Positions 62,052 through 64,000 of a stretch of 64,000 nt of DNA are shown here, one piece after another (position 1 is the first letter of the stretch; the number at the start of each line of letters is the position of its first letter). The translations under genes were made by a program, and so were the position numbers. Source of the stretch: Armatimonadota bacterium (lineage in GTDB: Bacteria; Armatimonadota; UBA10988); assembly GCA_016235455.1 (NCBI GenBank), contig JACRKZ010000031.1, positions 1 through 64,000 of the forward strand, read 5' to 3'. A model generated the notes under the pieces. That model saw nothing but the letters and a program-made list of their open reading frames with translations. It made no database searches and was not told the origin of the DNA.

Positions 62052-63758
62052 TCAGGCCAGGGGCAGTTCGCGACGCCGGCCGAGCAGCGGCGCCAGCGCC
62101 AGCACCGCGGCGGTGACGACGACCAGGATGACGCCATAGGCGGCGCCGCGGGCGAAGTAGCTACCGCGGAACTGGTTGGCGATCTCGATGGAGACGGGCC
62201 GGTTGGCTGGCGTGTAGAGCACGATGGAGGCGACGAACTCGCCCATGGCAGCGATGAAGGCCAACAGGCCGCCGACGATGGCGCCGGGCGCGACCAATGG
62301 CAGCACGACCGTGCCGAACACGCGGCCCGGCCGGGCGCCGAGGGTGCCGGCGGCCTCCTCGATGCTGGGATCGACCTGTGCGAAGGACGAACCCACGGCC
62401 CGCACCGTGAGCGGAATGCTCCGTACGAAGTAGGCCAAGGGCAGGATGGTGTAGGTGCTGAGCAGCAGGAACCGGCCGGCCCAGGGCTGGTTGACGCTGA
62501 ACCACTCCGCCAACGCCAGCGCGGTTACGGTGCCGGGAATGGCGTAGGGCAGCACGGCCAGTGCTTCGGCCAGGCCACGTCCCCGGAAGCGCACTCGCGC
62601 GAAGCACCACGCGGCGACGAGCGCGAACAGCACATTGGCCACTGTGGCCTGGGTGGCCATGGCCAGGCTGTTGATCAGTGGGATCTGGCCATCGGGCTGG
62701 GCCGCGATGAAGCGGAACGCGTCGAGTGTGTAGCGCGGCGGCAGGATCTGAGTGGTCCAGGCGGCGTCGTCGGCGAAGCTGAGCAGCAGCAGCATGGCGT
62801 GAGGCAGAAGCAGCACCACCACGGCCACGGCGCCCAGCAGGCCCAGCACCAGCCGCGTGCCACCCGACCGCACCATGCGACGTCGGCCAGCGCCGCCCTT
62901 GCCTCCGCCGTAGTAGTTGCCGCGACTCTCGACCCAGCGCAGCAGGAGCAAGAACAACACGCACACAGCCGCCAGCACCACGGTCTCGGCGCGCATGAGG
63001 GTCAGCGAGCTGCGTTGGCGCGAAGCCAGCAACTGAGTTGTCAGCACGCGCACGCCGCCCAGCACATACGGTGCGGTGAAGCTGGCCATGGACTGCATGA
63101 AGCAGAGCAACGAGGCGCCGAGTAGCGAAGGCGTGAGTAGTGGCAGCGTGACCGTCCAGAAGACGCGTGAACGGCCGGCGCCGAGCGTGCCAGCCGCCTC
63201 CAGCCGTGACTCATCCAACCGCTGCAAGCCGGCGGCGACGAACGTGTAGAAGTAGGCGTAGAAGCTGTAGGCATGGACCGCGAGCACGGCGCCCATGCCG
63301 CGGAAAGTCCACGGTGCGTGGCTGAGCCCCAGCGCCGACTGCACGAGCCGGGTGACGATGCCGCTGGGCGCATAGAGGAAGTAGAAAGCCATGGTGCCGA
63401 CGAGCGGTGGCAGCAGGATGGGCACGACGGCCAGGCCGGCGATGACTCGTCGCCCCGGGAAGTCGTAGCGGGTGACGAGGAAGGCCAGCGGCACGCCGAT
63501 GCCGGCCGACAGCAGGACCGACAGCACGGAGATGAGCAGCGAGTTGCCCAGCGCCTCGAACTCGATGTTGCTCAGCCCGTGGCCGGGTCCGACGAACAGC
63601 TCGTGCCACCCGGCGAGGGTGAAGACTGGACGCGGGCCGGAATCGTCGATGAGGCTGCCCACCGCGAGGCGCAGGTTGGGACCGGCCACCAGCCAGAGCA
63701 GGATGGCGGTGACCAGGACAGGCAGCAGTTGGCGGCTGGTGGGTCGCAGTCTGGGCAT
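62052..63758 (-). CDS. Fe3+/thiamine-type ABC transporter permease (FbpB-like, two EAA loops)
   Basis: LDESRLEAAGTLGA and VDPSIEEAAGTLGA; DFPGRR; start MPRLRPT at 63758. Confidence 0.9.
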   Translation of the reverse strand: MPRLRPTSRQLLPVLVTAILLWLVAGPNLRLAVGSLIDDSGPRPVFTLAGWHELFVGPGHGLSNIEFEALGNSLLISVLSVLLSAGIGVPLAFLVTRYDFPGRRVIAGLAVVPILLPPLVGTMAFYFLYAPSGIVTRLVQSALGLSHAPWTFRGMGAVLAVHAYSFYAYFYTFVAAGLQRLDESRLEAAGTLGAGRSRVFWTVTLPLLTPSLLGASLLCFMQSMASFTAPYVLGGVRVLTTQLLASRQRSSLTLMRAETVVLAAVCVLFLLLLRWVESRGNYYGGGKGGAGRRRMVRSGGTRLVLGLLGAVAVVVLLLPHAMLLLLSFADDAAWTTQILPPRYTLDAFRFIAAQPDGQIPLINSLAMATQATVANVLFALVAAWCFARVRFRGRGLAEALAVLPYAIPGTVTALALAEWFSVNQPWAGRFLLLSTYTILPLAYFVRSIPLTVRAVGSSFAQVDPSIEEAAGTLGARPGRVFGTVVLPLVAPGAIVGGLLAFIAAMGEFVASIVLYTPANRPVSIEIANQFRGSYFARGAAYGVILVVVTAAVLALAPLLGRRRELPLA

Positions 63759-63785
63759 GGCGCTATGATAATGCCGGTGAGTGTC

Positions 63786-64000
63786 ATGGGCTACGATCCG
63801 CGCGAGCATCATCGGCGGAGTGTGCGGCTGGCGGGGTATGACTATGCCGCCGCCGCGGCCCACTTCGTCACCGTGTGCACGACCGACCGCGCGCCGGTGT
63901 CGGGCGACGTGGTCGATGGCGTCGTGCGGTTGTCCGAACAGGGCGAGGTGGCGTGGGGCGTGTGGTGCAAGATACCTGAGCACTTCCCGCACGCCGACAT
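63786..64000 (+). mobile_element. REP-associated tyrosine transposase (RAYT, Y1_Tnp), 5' part, truncated by the window edge
   Basis: Manual translation MGYDPREHHRRSVRLAGYDYAAAAAHFVTVCTTDRAPVSGDVVDGVVRLSEQGEVAWGVWCKIPEHFPHAD matches the RRSIRL.GYDY....YFVTICT...W..IP.HFP N-terminus of this RAYT clade. Confidence 0.85.

Overview
High-GC bacterial chromosomal window with no rRNA, tRNA or CRISPR array seen. The gene repertoire suggests a diderm polysaccharide degrader such as an Armatimonadota member; that assignment is inference. The left two-thirds holds a serine-pathway operon (class V aminotransferase-serA-surE), many secreted carbohydrate-active enzymes (PL11, GH110-like, GH141-like, GH71-FGE, GH29, sulfatase, esterases), a P1B ATPase followed by a secreted metallothionein-like protein with 26 Cys, an orphan GAP1-like protein, tandem ABC-2-like permease paralogs, sppA, a catalytically eroded Pol I-like gene, and rpsA with a structured leader. 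The most striking feature is a ~20 kb seven-gene locus (42023-61915). It encodes three large secreted proteins sharing a ~440-aa C-terminal module that ends in a FlgD-like Ig domain, two CsgG/FlgT-like proteins with an internal hydrophobic helix plus FN3/Ig domains, an Ig-fused LptD-like barrel and a PorV-like barrel. This is a candidate T9SS-analogous secretion and surface-display system. The window ends with an Fe3+-type ABC permease and the 5' part of a REP-associated tyrosine transposase. All family assignments come from motif recognition by eye, not database searches.
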